This document shows positions 10,772 through 24,282 of a stretch of DNA of 64,000 nucleotides, piece by piece. The notes under the pieces are model-generated. The model worked only from the letters and a program-made list of their open reading frames with translations. It searched no databases and was not told the origin of the DNA. A program made the position numbers and the translations under genes. The stretch is from Eledone cirrhosa. Its lineage: Eukaryota. The stretch is taken from NCBI GenBank assembly GCA_964016885.1, contig OZ024763.1:7812001-7876000 (forward strand), in the 5' to 3' direction. How positions within the stretch are numbered: position 1 is the stretch's first letter; each line of letters begins with the position of its first letter.

Positions 10772-10798
10772 CGATTCTTCGAAACAGAGTTTCGAAAT

Positions 10799-10892
<94 letters not shown>

Positions 10893-10910
10893 ATATATTT
10901 ATATATATAC

Positions 10911-10947
<37 letters not shown>

Positions 10948-11167
10948 TAGCTGGGGTTGTCTGGAGGTGTCCACATAAATTTCTCTAAGAGATAGGGAAC
11001 AGTACACAACTTTTGAACAGAATTGTTGTGTCTATGTTCCAACTTCAAGGTGTTTGAGGGTCACCTAACAGTTGTCCGATTGAGCTGAAATTTGGCACAC
11101 CCTGTTGTTTTGTTGATTGGAACAGGATTAGGGGGTGGGAGCATCAAATTATTGTTAAGGACCACCC

Positions 11168-11201
<34 letters not shown>

Positions 11202-11289
11202 AAAATAAGATCACTCTGATATAAACCTTCAACTTTGTTTACATTCAATGATGTAGACCTGTTCTTCTTTTTAGGCAAATGCATTTGAT

Positions 11290-11800
11290 GTTCAGAGAGT
11301 GGGCTTGGCTCTGTGCAAACCCTTTCCACACTTAAAAAAGCTTCAAGCACAGGCATCGCTTGATATGTGACATTTTTTTTGTGATGCATGGTATTGCTGG
11401 CCATAGGCAAGTCCCTAGCAGGGTTAAAAAGCCACGTCTGTGACACTCATACTTAAGTATCAAGTGATGGAATTACTTGAAATCGAGTTGCAACAATCAT
11501 TATCATGTATGTATGTATGTAAAAAAGGGCTGATGCAGATTACATTGATGCGTATTCTATAACAATCTGCCATCAATATGGTAAAGTCTAACAATCAGCA
11601 GGAGGCATGCGGTGGCACATGAAAGTATACAGCAACCAGCCACTGATTCCTGTTGCCAGAGACCACAACTGTAACATCTGTGCCAGAGAATGTAGGATCC
11701 TTCCTGGCTTAAAAAGTCACATCTGTGCTACAAACACACACAGAAGCGTGTTCGAGAATTCAAGTGATGGCTATACTCAAGCACGAGGTAGCTGCCTCAT
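11290..11800 (+). mobile_element. Decayed LINE (RTE-like) C-terminal zinc-finger remnant
   Basis: CNICARECRILPGLKSH pattern (C2H2-like, as at RTE ORF ends); otherwise broken. Confidence 0.4.
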
Positions 11801-11884
11801 GTATGTACATATACACACATCCTGTAATATCACCCACCGTGTTGTCCCAGTTTTGTATACCCAGTTCTTTCCCCTTTCTTGTAG

Positions 11885-11983
11885 GCCTATGAACATTGGA
11901 AAAAGAAAACAGGAGTAAAAGAACAAACTCTGCCAGGACTCTCCTACACACCGGAACAAATGTTCTTCCTTAACTTTGCCCAT
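11885..11983 (+). CDS. M13 peptidase exon (AYEHWKK...LPGLSYTPEQMFFLNFAH)
   Basis: tgtag acceptor, gtaagt donor; LPGL...QxFF motif. Confidence 0.94.
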
Positions 11984-12019
11984 GTAAGTATATCCCCACT
12001 CCCTTTCTTCCCCCTGACT

Positions 12020-12283
12020 CAATGTAGGTATTGATAGAAACCCTTTGTTAACCCTGGCTCAATGCAGGTGTCAATATAAACCCTTAGTTGACCCTGGTTC
12101 AATGTAGGTATTGATAGAAACCCTTTGTTAACCCTGGTTCAATGTAGGTATCAATATAAACCCTTAGTTGACCCTGGCTCAATGTAGGTATTGATAGAAC
12201 CCTTTGTTAACCCTGGCTCAATGTTTTGTTAACCCTGACTCAATGTAGGTATTGAGAGAAACCCTTTGTTAACCCTGGCTCAA
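12020..12283. repeat. About 30-bp minisatellite (aaccctggctcaatgtaggtattgatagaaaccctttgtt variants)
   Basis: Tandem units visible directly. Confidence 0.85.
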
Positions 12284-12712
12284 TACAGCACAAAAGCAAC
12301 ATTAATTACATTTTAAAAATATAATCTCTGAAAGTTAAATTATGTTTATGATCTAGTTCTGTTTGAAGTGGGGGCCTTGCTCAAGGAAAGAGCCCTGTTT
12401 AGAGAGGAGATAGGGCAGTTCAGAGAGGTGGTCCAGAGTATTTTCCCTTCCATCCACGATAAATCTGGCCTTGGAGCCATATATTACCGTATTTCCCGGC
12501 ACCGAAGATGCTTCGTCCTCGGGGACACACCCTAATTTTGACAACCAAAAATTTGGAAAAAAATAATAAACAACCTTTGACCTCCAGGAGACATGGTAGA
12601 TTTTTTAGACTTATTTTAGGAAAAAAGTAGCATCTTCGACACAGGGAAATATGGTATATGTTATACACACCTAATTATCTACAACTGTGTTTATTATATT
12701 ATATACACCCAG

Positions 12713-12789
12713 GTTTGGTGTGGCTCCACACGTCGAGAAGCAGCTATTAATAGAATCCAGATGAACCATCACAGTCCAGGAAGGTTTAG
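12713..12789 (+). CDS. M13 peptidase exon (VWCGSTRREAAINRIQMNHHSPGRF)
   Basis: cccag acceptor, gttagt donor; WC and HSP motifs. Confidence 0.94.
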
Positions 12790-13294
12790 GTTAGTAAACA
12801 TAATAAATTCTTCATAAGTTTATATTCTGCCAGAAGTTGATAGTATCAGCAATGGAGAGCTCTGATGAGTTCCACTCCATACGGTGCACATATGAGCTTT
12901 GGCTTCCTGTCAATTGATTCATAATCTAACCATATATATATATATATATGTATGTATGTATATATGTGTGTATGTATATATGTGTGTATGTATATATGTA
13001 TGTATATATATATGTGTGTATGTATATATATATGTGTGTATGTATATATATATATATGTATGTATATATATATATGTATATATATATGTATATATATGTG
13101 TATGTATATATATGTATATATATATATATATGCATATATATGTATATATATATATATGTATATATATGTATATATATATATGTGTATGTATATATATGTA
13201 TATATATATGTATATATATATACATAACGTGATCTTTGTAGAACGTTTTCTAATGCCATCACTTCTTTTTCACAGTGTGTGTGTATATATATAT

Positions 13295-13683
13295 GGAGGC
13301 ACATGGCTTAGTGGTTAGAGCATTGGCTTTGCAATCGAAAGATTGTGAGTTCAATTCTCAGACCGGGTGATGTGTTGTTTCCTTGAGCAAGACACTTTAT
13401 TTCACATTGCTCCAGTTTACTCAGCTGTAGAAATGAGATGATAGGACTGGGGTCCCTATCATTCCACTGCAAAGTGGTTGTGGAGGTGCCACGGCAAAAA
13501 AGCACCCAGCCCACACTGTAAAGTGGACGTGTAGGCGCCATGGCAAAAAAGCACCTAGCACTCACTGTAAATGAGGTTGGTGTTAGGAAGGGCATCCAGC
13601 TGTAGAAATCAGGCCAGAATCAGTTCCCGTCCCACCCTTGCAAGCAGGGAAAAGCGGACGTAAAATGATGATGATGATGATGA
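13295..13683 (+). mobile_element. SINE family B, full length, with two internal 48-bp units
   Basis: Matches 3985-4328 plus one extra aaaaaagcacccag..cacactgtaaagtgg unit. Confidence 0.85.
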
Positions 13684-13908
13684 TATATATATTGATCATC
13701 TCAACACTCACTCACTCTCTCTCTCTCTCAGTCCATTTGGATTTTTCATTCCTTGTGTGTGTGTGTGTGTGTGTATATGTATGTGTGTGTATGTGTGTAT
13801 GTTTGAATATATAAAGTAATGTATGCGTTATGTCAAGTCAGAAAGGAGAATATGGTAAGAATAATAATTATTTACCATTCTATGTTTCTTCTTCTTCATC
13901 TCTTGCAG

Positions 13909-14008
13909 AGTTATTGGTTCATTACAGAATTCTCCAGAATTTTCTAAAGTCTTCAACTGTAAGCCAGGTTCTTATATGAACCCAGAACAGAAATGTACAG
14001 TATGGTAA
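13909..14008 (+). CDS. M13 peptidase last coding exon ([32 protein letters not shown])
   Basis: ttgcag acceptor; MNP..KCxxW C-terminus; TAA stop. Confidence 0.96.
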
Positions 14009-14026
14009 TGGAGCACAGTTAAATAT

Positions 14027-14310
14027 AGGCGGAGTTATATGTGGGCAGAGTTGTATGTGGGCGGAGTTATGTGCAAATAGATTTACATGTGGGTGGAGTT
14101 ATATGTGGGCAGGGTTGTGTGTTAGCAGAGTTATATGTGGGCGGAGTTATGTGCGAGCAGATTTACATGTGGGCGGAGTTATATGTGGGTGGTATTATAT
14201 ATGGGTGGAGTTATATCTGTGCATAGTTGTTGTCATACAGTATGGTAATGTGGGTGGAGTTATATGTAGGTGGAGTTATATATGGGTGGAGTTATGTGTG
14301 GGTGGAGCTG
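14027..14310. repeat. About 20-bp minisatellite immediately after the M13 stop codon (probable 3' UTR)
   Basis: tatatgtgggcggagt variants. Confidence 0.8.
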
Positions 14311-14428
14311 ACATGCCTCTAATGGGACAACCTGTCTAACCCATGCTAGCATGGAAAATGGACATTAAACGATGATGATGATGATGATATATATAGCATA
14401 CATATGCATATATGTCTATGAGTGTTTG

Positions 14429-14461
<33 letters not shown>

Positions 14462-14608
14462 ATGAATATTAGCATGTGTGTGTATGTTTATATATTTATG
14501 TTTATGAATAACAGAGCAGAAATGAACTGAGAGAAAAAACTTGGATACAAGACGAATCATACGAAATGTACTAGAGAGGAGACTGAGCTGGTACAGACAT
14601 GATATATC

Positions 14609-15536
14609 CAAGGTGACCACAAAAACACTCCTTGATTTCAAGTATTTATAATATGAAAACTTAAATGAATATTCTTACAATATTGGTGGCTACAGTTGTA
14701 TAAACTAACAGAGTTTCCTGTGGTATTGGTTGATATCACATGTGGTATTGGTTGATATCACATGTGGTATTGGTTGATATCACATCACGTGGTGTTGGTT
14801 GATATCACACCATGTGGTGTTGGTTGATTTCACACCATGTGGTATTGGTTGATATCACACCATGTGGTATTGGTTGATATCACATCACGTGGTGTTGGTT
14901 GATATCACATCACGTGGTGTTGGTTGATATCACACCATGTGGTATTGGTTGATATCACATCACGTGGTGTTGGTTGATATCACACCATGTGGTATTGGTT
15001 GATATCACACCATGTGGTATTGGTTGATATCACACCATGTGGTGTTGGTTGATATAAAAGACACTCAACGTCTGACCCTTCTGTTGCTCGGCAAACATCA
15101 ATGTGATATTGTAAGAATATTCATTTAAGGGCGGTAGGATTGGCAGTATCGGTAGAGGGTCGGACGCCATGCTTTGACGCATAGAGTTACGGCCCTTTAT
15201 AATCTGAGTTCAAATCCCACCGAGGTTAAAATAATAATAATAATGAAATTATTGTGTACAGTGCTCAGGTGTACTACAACTCATCAAAGGTGCGTGTATA
15301 GTACATAGAATAATATACAAATGTCAGGGAAGTGTATGAGTCATGATATACATAACTTTACCTCTCATCCCTACTGGGTCGATAAAATAAAGTACCAGTC
15401 ACGCACTGGGGTCAATTTAATCAACTTTCCCCTCCCCCAAAATTGCTGGCCTTGTGCCTATATAAGAAACCAATATTTATTTAAGTTTTGATATGAGAAG
15501 TATTTAAAATCAAGGAGTGTTTTTGTGGTCATCCTG
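14609..15536. mobile_element. Tc1/mariner-type non-autonomous element containing a 23-bp minisatellite (14720-15054) and a SINE A
   Basis: TIRs caaggtgaccacaaaaacactccttgattt / aaatcaaggagtgtttttgtggtcatcctg-ta; interrupts an RTE-like remnant (14510-14600). Confidence 0.65.
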
Positions 15537-15773
15537 TAAATGAAAGATGAGAGATGAGAGTCGGTTAAGGAAATGCAAAGTGATCAAAGAGGAAGAAAGC
15601 TGCAGTAGAGGAGGACCAAGGAATCACTTCGGCATGAGACATCTTAAATAAACTCATGAAAATAAATGACAAACAACAGCAAAATGTGGCAAAAATATGG
15701 TGAAGAAGACCTGTCCAACACAAGCAAACAAGCATGGAAAAACAGCCCTAAAAATGATTATATATATATATAT

Positions 15774-15894
<121 letters not shown>

Positions 15895-16119
15895 TGTGTG
15901 TGTGTATATATATATATAACATTATCATTTTAAACCTGACATTTCTAAAAGCCATCACTCAGTTATGATATTAAAAAAAACAGAAAATTTTTTAAAATCT
16001 TTTCCTCATCTTTCAATCTTTTTATTCTTTCATCATAAATTTTTTATACATTTGCAATTTTAAAGGAACATGCTGTCTTCATTTTTTGAATTTATACAAA
16101 TTTCTGGAAATTAATTTAA

Positions 16120-16742
16120 CCCTTTAGCATTTACATTACTCCATATATATTATTGTATTTTTGCGGTAAAGGCTTTCTTGTGTAATTATCTCACATAATA
16201 TCGAATCTACAAGATTTGGATGATGTAATTATTTATTTTGAGAACAATACCTTAACATCAGTATGAGTGGCCAGTTACAGTTGTTTGAACAGAAAGAGGT
16301 GAGAGAATTCTGGCCTGATATGGCCAGTCTAAATACTATTGTATTTTTGTGGTAAAGGCTATAATTATCGTACATAATATCAAATCTATAAGATTTTGCT
16401 GTTATTATTTATTTTGAGAACAATACCTTAACATAAGTATAAGCAGCCAGTTTGAACAGAAAGAGGTGAGAGAATTCTGGCCTGATATGGCCAGTCTAAA
16501 TACTAAAGGGTTAACCGTTTAGTACTTTAGTATCTAAACCAGCCATATCAGGCCAGAATTCTCTCACCTTTTTCTGCTCAAACCTGGCATAACTGGCCAC
16601 TCATACTGATGTTAAGTTATTGTTTTCAAAATAAATAACATAAAAATCTCAGATTTTATATTATGTAAGATAATTATGTGAGGTAAAGACTTTACTGTGA
16701 AAATACAATAGTATATATAGAGTAAAGTTAAATGTTAAAGGG
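16120..16742. mobile_element. Two adjacent, oppositely oriented TTAA-flanked MITEs
   Basis: ttaa-cccttt...aaaggg-ttaa termini at 16120/16510; second copy ends aaaggg-ttaa at 16742. Confidence 0.7.
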
Positions 16743-17341
16743 TTAAAAACATTTTGACTCCAAGCTGTTTGAAACTACCTTACTCTATGATAAAAAGGTG
16801 TTTATTATCTATGTTTATTATCAAGTGTTTAAAATATATTTAATCTAAAAACCTTCCTTCGTACTTTTATGTAAGGACTCTACATATAGAGTAATGTAAA
16901 TGCTAAAGGGTTAACCCTGTATACAAATACACCATCAGGTTTAGCTGCCCCAAAAGACATATTTTGTGTCAGGATAGGACAGCGCCATTACGACTCTACC
17001 AAGAGTTAAGTGGTTTTGTTTTTTTTACCTTTTTCTAAACTCAGCTTGGTATATACTCCTTTACTGTTTAACATGTTCCAGCCAGGGAGCAGAGGCCATG
17101 CTGGGGCACTGCTATTGAAATATCAAGTTCCTATGCCAGTTTGGTTTTTGTTTGTCCCCCACGATATTGACATGAAAAGAAAGAAAATAAACAACAATAA
17201 CAACAAAAAAATACACGTAAAATAAAAACAATGTAAACACTCGTTTAGTTGTTGGTCTTTTGACACCTCGCATTTGCAATGTCTTTTCTGTTACAGATAT
17301 GTTGTTGTTGTTGATGACAGTGATGATGATGATGATGGTGG

Positions 17342-17372
<31 letters not shown>

Positions 17373-17749
17373 GATGGTGGTAGTGGTGGTGGTGGTGGTA
17401 GTGGCGGTGGTGGTGATGGTGGTAGTGGTGATGATGGTGGTGGTAGTGGTGGTGGTGGTGATGATGGTGGTGGTAGTGGTGGTGGTGATGATGGTGGTGG
17501 TGATGATTTTAATGTGTATGAGGGATAAAGTGTAGATGGTCTGAGAGATAACCTTAATATAGGAGGGATCTAAAGCTACCCTTGGCAGGATTTGATCTTA
17601 GAATGTAAAGGGGAGTAATTATATGTCACAAAGCAGATCGTCAGACGCTCTACCAATATTGTTAAAAATGGAATTTTCAAGGGAAGCCACTCTTGTATAA
17701 TTATGATAGAGTTAAGTACCTTGATAATAAAATGTAGTTTAATTAATCT

Positions 17750-17990
17750 GTTGAAGGAGATTGCGCTGGTATGGACATGTGATGTACATGAAGGATGACA
17801 GTTGTATAAAAAATTGCAGGGCATTCAAAGTTGATGGGAGTTATGGAGACCCAGGAAGACTTGGGATGAGGTGATAAAAGCTGACCTTGTACAATTGCAC
17901 CTCTTAAAGGAGATGACACAGAATCGAGATCTCTGACATTATGCAGTAATACAGAAGTTCCCGTCTTCCCATGTGTACAGGTTGAAACAT
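17750..17990 (+). mobile_element. RTE-clade LINE 3' fragment (related fragment 33920-34110)
   Basis: RRLRWYGHV...GRPRKTWDEVI reading, with a frameshift. Confidence 0.7.
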
Positions 17991-18124
17991 AAGTATGTAC
18001 CACTTTCCCTACCTTACACTCCCCCTTCCATACACACCTCATGTCCTAACACCCCACCCTTCACCAGATAAGTGCCCCACCCTAGATCTACTTCTCCAAT
18101 TACCAAGCACCTTCTTCACCTCAA

Positions 18125-18610
18125 CACCCAGTCCACACTGTAAAGTGGTTGTGCAGGTGTCACAACAAAAAGCACCCAGTCCACACTGTAAAGTGGTTGT
18201 GCAGGTGTCACAACAAAGAGCACCCAGTCCACACTGTAAAGTGGTTGTGTAGGTGTCACAACAAAAAGCACCCAGTCCACACTGTAAAGTGGTTGTGCAG
18301 GTGTCACAACAAAAAGCACCCAGTCCACACTGTAAAGTGGTTGTGTAGGTGTCACAACAAAAAGCACCCAGTCCACACTGTAAAGTGGTTGTGCAGGTGT
18401 CACAACAAAATGTGCCAAGCCAACATTGTAAAGTGGTCATTTCAGTCCCACGATAAAAAGCACCCAGTTCACACTGTAAAGTGGTTGTGCAGGTGTCACA
18501 ACAAAAAGCACCCAGTTGACACTGTAAATGGCATCAAGCTATAGAAACCAGGCCAGAATCAATTCTGTATGAACAAGACATGGTCAATGGACATTAAATG
18601 GTGATGATGA
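18125..18610 (+). repeat. 48-bp tandem array derived from the SINE B internal unit, followed by a SINE tail
   Basis: (aaaaagcacccagtccacactgtaaagtggttgtgcaggtgtcacaac)n. Confidence 0.85.
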
Positions 18611-18847
18611 TGATATATATATATGTGTGTGTGTTTTGAACAGGGCTTAATTAAAATTCTATATATACATATATACATACATGCATATATTGTTCTAAGG
18701 ATTCTTTGCACTATGGTAAAAGCTTAACCACAGGGCAAAAATCCTTACAATAATATATATATATATGTATATATATGTATATATATACACACACACACAT
18801 ATATGTGTATATATATATGTGTATATATATATATATATATATGTGTA

Positions 18848-18888
<41 letters not shown>

Positions 18889-18889
18889 A

Positions 18890-18936
<47 letters not shown>

Positions 18937-18937
18937 A

Positions 18938-18978
<41 letters not shown>

Positions 18979-19013
18979 ATGTGTGTGTATATATATATAT
19001 ATATATATGTGTA

Positions 19014-19062
<49 letters not shown>

Positions 19063-19063
19063 A

Positions 19064-19103
<40 letters not shown>

Positions 19104-19115
19104 CGTATGTGTGTG

Positions 19116-19148
<33 letters not shown>

Positions 19149-19149
19149 G

Positions 19150-19222
<73 letters not shown>

Positions 19223-19223
19223 G

Positions 19224-19258
<35 letters not shown>

Positions 19259-19271
19259 GTATATATATATG

Positions 19272-19324
<53 letters not shown>

Positions 19325-19534
19325 GTTGTTATATTTGGGGAGGGTCATATTTGCGTAATATTGCCAGAATTAATAACAGAACACACTCACTGTTTGGTTG
19401 GTTTTCGCTTCTCGCTGTCTTTTATATATATATATCTGCGATCTAACTTACTCGGTCCTCAATGTTGCCATTGACTGACCGGCGGTCAAAAATAATACAG
19501 ATACAATATAGACAAACACATATATATATAGTTT

Positions 19535-19575
19535 ACATAAATCTTTCGTTGCACATCTGCAACATCGTCAGTGGT
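19535..19575 (-). ncRNA. Hammerhead motif in the PLE 3' pseudo-LTR (helix I decayed)
   Basis: ca-CTGACGA-t-gttgc(agatgt)gcaac-GAAA-gatt-TA-tg. Confidence 0.6.
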
Positions 19576-19847
19576 GTTATATTCATTGTTCCTCCTGTTG
19601 TGTTGTATGTCTACGCCATTTTTTTTGTTCAGTCTGTCTATATATTTATTTATTTATTTATTTGCTTGTTTGTTTATCTTATTTTATTTTGTCTTCTTTG
19701 CGCATGCGTTTGCGTGTGTGTATAGTGTTATGTGTGATGTGTGACTAGTGTGTATAGAGTTGTGTCTGCTGGGTGACTAGTGTGTGTTTATGTGCTTGTG
19801 TATGTATTTATTTATCTTATTTTATTTAATTTAATTTACTTATTTAT

Positions 19848-21140
19848 TTATACTTCTCTTAGGTCAGTGTTGTTTGTTTGGGTGTTGTTGTTGTTCCACT
19901 CATTCTTTCTGTTTAGCTTTGGTCTTCTAATTTCTATTTCACTGGCCTCTCTGATTTGCCTATCTGCTGGGTCATTCCTATGTTTAGATATTATTCTAAT
20001 TTCTATGTTGTCTATGTTACCGTCATGATGTTGTCTAGCATGTTCGTATAGTACTGACCCGTTTTTTCGTCCTTTTAGTTCCCCCCAGTGTTGGTCTATC
20101 CTTTCACCTATGCTACGAGCTGTCTCACCTATGTATGTTGTTGTCGTGTTTCTGCAAGTACCCTCTGTACATCTTATGCTATAGACTACGTTTCTAGTTT
20201 TACAGTTTATCCGGGGGTTCACCTTACATATGATACATTTCCTATTGGTACAGTGGGTTTTCTTAAAAGGGTAGGTTTTGCTGATCAGGGATTTTATGGT
20301 GGTTCCTGGCTTTTCTACCACCTTTATTTTTAAGTGGGTCTTTCTCAGGGCCTTTCTACACTGGTTAGCTAATTTCCCTCCAGGGGTGGTGTCCACAAAC
20401 ATGACACTCTGATATCTCTGGTTGTCGTACCATGATGTGGCCTTCCCTATCTTATGTCTAGCCCTATCTAAGCTATTCCATGATTTGCTCCTGTATAGTG
20501 GGCAAATTCCTTTCATGTCCAGTTCTATGAGGGTCTTATACTTTTCCATGGCTCCTTCGTATACTCTGACTCTGTCTCTTTGGTTGTAGCCAGAGAACTG
20601 CATGCGGTTGATGAAGTGTTGGATGTGTCCTTCCATTTCTGTTGGGTCGCACATGCTGGACACATTCTTCATCACTCGTACCAAATCTGCGATCAGAATA
20701 TTAAACTTAGCACTACTGGACATTGCTGAGTTTTTGAGTATCAGGTATTTGGAGGCCATGGGTTTAGCATAGTGTGAGTGGAGAATTTGGGCTCTCTCGT
20801 CTATAGTGTTAATCCAGAGTTCTGTGTCTAATACAGGTAGTCTATTGTTAGGGTGTTTGGAAGGGAAGTCTATAGTTACAGTTATACTCTGGTGTATGGA
20901 ATTAGCTATCTGCTGGATGCTTTCCATCGTGCTACGTTCTAAATCAAACTTGTTAGTGCTCTCTAGTGGGGGTGTTCTTATAACTATATTGATATCGTCT
21001 ACATAACGAGAGTACATGATGAGGTCTATGGAGCTTTCATTAAGGAGATCTTTAAATCTCCTTTCCCACCATACCATGAAAAGGTTGGCAACATCGCCAG
21101 CTATGCTGACGCCGATGGCTGCTCCCTCATTTTGGGTGTA
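19848..21140 (-). CDS. Penelope-like RT + GIY-YIG endonuclease (C-terminal 430 aa, uninterrupted)
   Basis: [35 protein letters not shown], Cys linker [17 protein letters not shown]...[12 protein letters not shown]...HARQHH...RQIREA...LNRKNEW. The first about 80 aa of the listed ORF are microsatellite. Confidence 0.9.
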   Translation of the reverse strand, partial: YTQNEGAAIGVSIAGDVANLFMVWWERRFKDLLNESSIDLIMYSRYVDDINIVIRTPPLESTNKFDLERSTMESIQQIANSIHQSITVTIDFPSKHPNNRLPVLDTELWINTIDERAQILHSHYAKPMASKYLILKNSAMSSSAKFNILIADLVRVMKNVSSMCDPTEMEGHIQHFINRMQFSGYNQRDRVRVYEGAMEKYKTLIELDMKGICPLYRSKSWNSLDRARHKIGKATSWYDNQRYQSVMFVDTTPGGKLANQCRKALRKTHLKIKVVEKPGTTIKSLISKTYPFKKTHCTNRKCIICKVNPRINCKTRNVVYSIRCTEGTCRNTTTTYIGETARSIGERIDQHWGELKGRKNGSVLYEHARQHHDGNIDNIEIRIISKHRNDPADRQIREASEIEIRRPKLNRKNEWNNNNTQTNNTDLREV

Positions 21141-21152
21141 GATATATATATG

Positions 21153-21207
<55 letters not shown>

Positions 21208-21218
21208 GTATATATGTA

Positions 21219-21344
<126 letters not shown>

Positions 21345-22618
21345 TGTGTGTGTATGTGTATATATATATATATATATACACACATAAACACATATATGTA
21401 TATATATGTTTATATATATATATATATATATATACTAATTTTAGGTATCACAACATATATATACTATATATGATGCTTGTGTTGCTCTGTAGAAATTTGA
21501 ATTATATATATATAAACACATATACACACATATACACACACATGTATATATGTGTATATGTGGTGTATACAAATATATCTATCTATCTGCTATAAATATC
21601 CACCATATTCTATGGAACACAATAGACAAAAGACAATGCGATAATTGAATTAGAAATCTTTGCATATTTGATTAATGTAAAATAGAATGTGAACAATTGG
21701 TTCTGTGTTGTGTTCAGTCTTACAGACAAATGCAATAATCTAAGCTATGGTTCACAGCAGCTCAGCTCAGACAGAGAGAGAGAGAGAGGTATAAAATTTG
21801 ATTCATATCAGCCAATAGGTTGAGTCATTATGTAGGAAAAAGAAGCTGCTAGATATAGTAGCCAAATTTCCATCAAATCAAATCCTACTTCAGTAAATAA
21901 TCATAATATAATAAAGAGAGGAGTGGGGGACTGTGTCCTAAATATATTTTTTTATCCCATTTGTAAAATAAATTGGATTACTTTCAATAAATAAGGAATG
22001 AATATTATATAATTTATGTACTAAATTTCGTAGCTGTTGATTAAATATAAATAGTCTTATTGTTTATTTTAAGATTCACTTCTTTAAAATTTTCAAATGT
22101 CAACACTTCCGGTTAGCGTCCGTTATATTATAACACTTACTACATCACTTATATAAACATTCATATATTTGCATCATTATATAAGGTTTATCTTTCCGTC
22201 ACTAATTTTCTCCTAATGCAGTTTATATATAGTATCGTTTATATATAATGTCTTTTTTAAATATATCATGGATTACTTTACTGATTACAGAAGACAGTGT
22301 AACACAGTCTCTCTTCAATTTCTGTGTATATTGTCAATTACGATTTTATTTGATGTATCATATCTAAATGCATATATATATTTGCATATAATATCAATAT
22401 ACTCACTACACATGCTAGCAGAAAACCACCCTTTGGGTGGTTTTCTGCTAGTAACAATATTAAAAAGAGTAGTATCAGTGGTGATTGACGGGGTGCAATA
22501 TAACTTGGTTCAATCTGCCATTTAGTTTGAATGTAAAATGACATATAGCTAGCTAAAACATCTTAGGACTAACCCTCATGCAGAATGCAATAGACGGAGG
22601 TAGATATTTCCCCTAGTC

Positions 22619-22778
22619 CAGGGTTTGCCAAACTTTTCCAAACGCGGAACCCTTTTTTCATTCAGAAACTTTTAGGAGGAACCCTAAAGTCTAATACTGT
22701 TACATGGTTGTAATATACTCCTCTACCTTTCACGGGATGCTAGACACACTTTTGAGGAACCCAATTTGGGAACCACTG
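22619..22778. mobile_element. hAT MITE with perfect 8-bp target-site duplication
   Basis: TSD ccctagtc at 22611-22618 and 22779-22786; TIRs cagggtttgccaaact / aatttgggaaccactg. Confidence 0.85.
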
Positions 22779-23238
22779 CCCTAGTCTGTTGTGGCTCCCT
22801 GCCATCTACCGTAAACAACAATAATAATAAAATGAGTAGTAGTAGTAGTAGTGGTGGTGGTGATTGACAGGGTGCAACATAACCTGTTACAATCTGCCAT
22901 TTAGATTAAATGTAAAATGACATATAGCTGAAATATCTTGGCTCTAATCCACAGCTTGAATCTAATAGATAATTAAAGTGGTAAAGGTATTTGACTATCA
23001 GTGTCTTCGCATATCTAGAAGAAAGCATGTCAAAGAAACTCTAGTTAGTGTCAAGTGTTTGGTGCATGTGTGTGTATGTGAGTGAATGTGTGTGTTTATG
23101 TGAGTGTGTGTGTGTGTGTGTGTGCATGTGCAATGTCTGAGAAAATATGTGTTGTATAAGTATGTGTATATATATGTATGTATTTGTATATGTCCAACCA
23201 TTACTAACGGGAAAGGAAAGCATTAAAAGATGAAGATA

Positions 23239-23275
<37 letters not shown>

Positions 23276-23592
23276 CACATACATAAACACATATGCATAT
23301 AGCAGAATATAACCATAATAATATATATTATATATATGCATGTGAAACCAGGAAGAGATATATGTACCACCTCACGCCAAGAAAACAAAGTAAATGCTAA
23401 CACATTGTATATATTCATACATGTGTGTATATATGTGTTTATGTGCATGCATGCATGCATACATGTGTATACACCCTACATTAATTGAGAAACATGGATG
23501 CCGAATAAAAGAGAATTAATGTGAAAGTGTTACAGTGAAATAAATCTTATTTATCTATCTACTGTCTTGTAGATCTGAAGTATATATTTACA

Positions 23593-23639
<47 letters not shown>

Positions 23640-23643
23640 TTAC

Positions 23644-23692
<49 letters not shown>

Positions 23693-23699
23693 CATTTAC

Positions 23700-23740
<41 letters not shown>

Positions 23741-23744
23741 CATT

Positions 23745-23789
<45 letters not shown>

Positions 23790-23793
23790 TTAC

Positions 23794-23838
<45 letters not shown>

Positions 23839-23842
23839 CATT

Positions 23843-23891
<49 letters not shown>

Positions 23892-24065
23892 TTACATATA
23901 TATATACATATATATATATACATTTACATATATATACATATATATATATACATTTACATATATATGCATATATATATATACATTTACATATATATACATA
24001 TATATATATACATTTACATATATATACATATATATATATATACATTTACATATATATATACATAT

Positions 24066-24113
<48 letters not shown>

Positions 24114-24127
24114 TTACATATATATAC

Positions 24128-24158
<31 letters not shown>

Positions 24159-24160
24159 CA

Positions 24161-24219
<59 letters not shown>

Positions 24220-24249
24220 GCATATATATATATGCATATATATATATGC

Positions 24250-24282
<33 letters not shown>

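Larger units (their letters stand above)
19324..21141 (-). mobile_element. Penelope-like retroelement, 5'-truncated, with 3' pseudo-LTR; inserted in (TA)n
   Basis: RT + GIY-YIG ORF followed by a noncoding tail with a hammerhead motif; both ends abut (TA)n arrays. Confidence 0.9.

Noticed and set aside
12855-12900. agagct-CTGATGA...catatg-agcttt hammerhead-like motif
   Set aside because: GAAA and UH are missing; at most a deleted relic.
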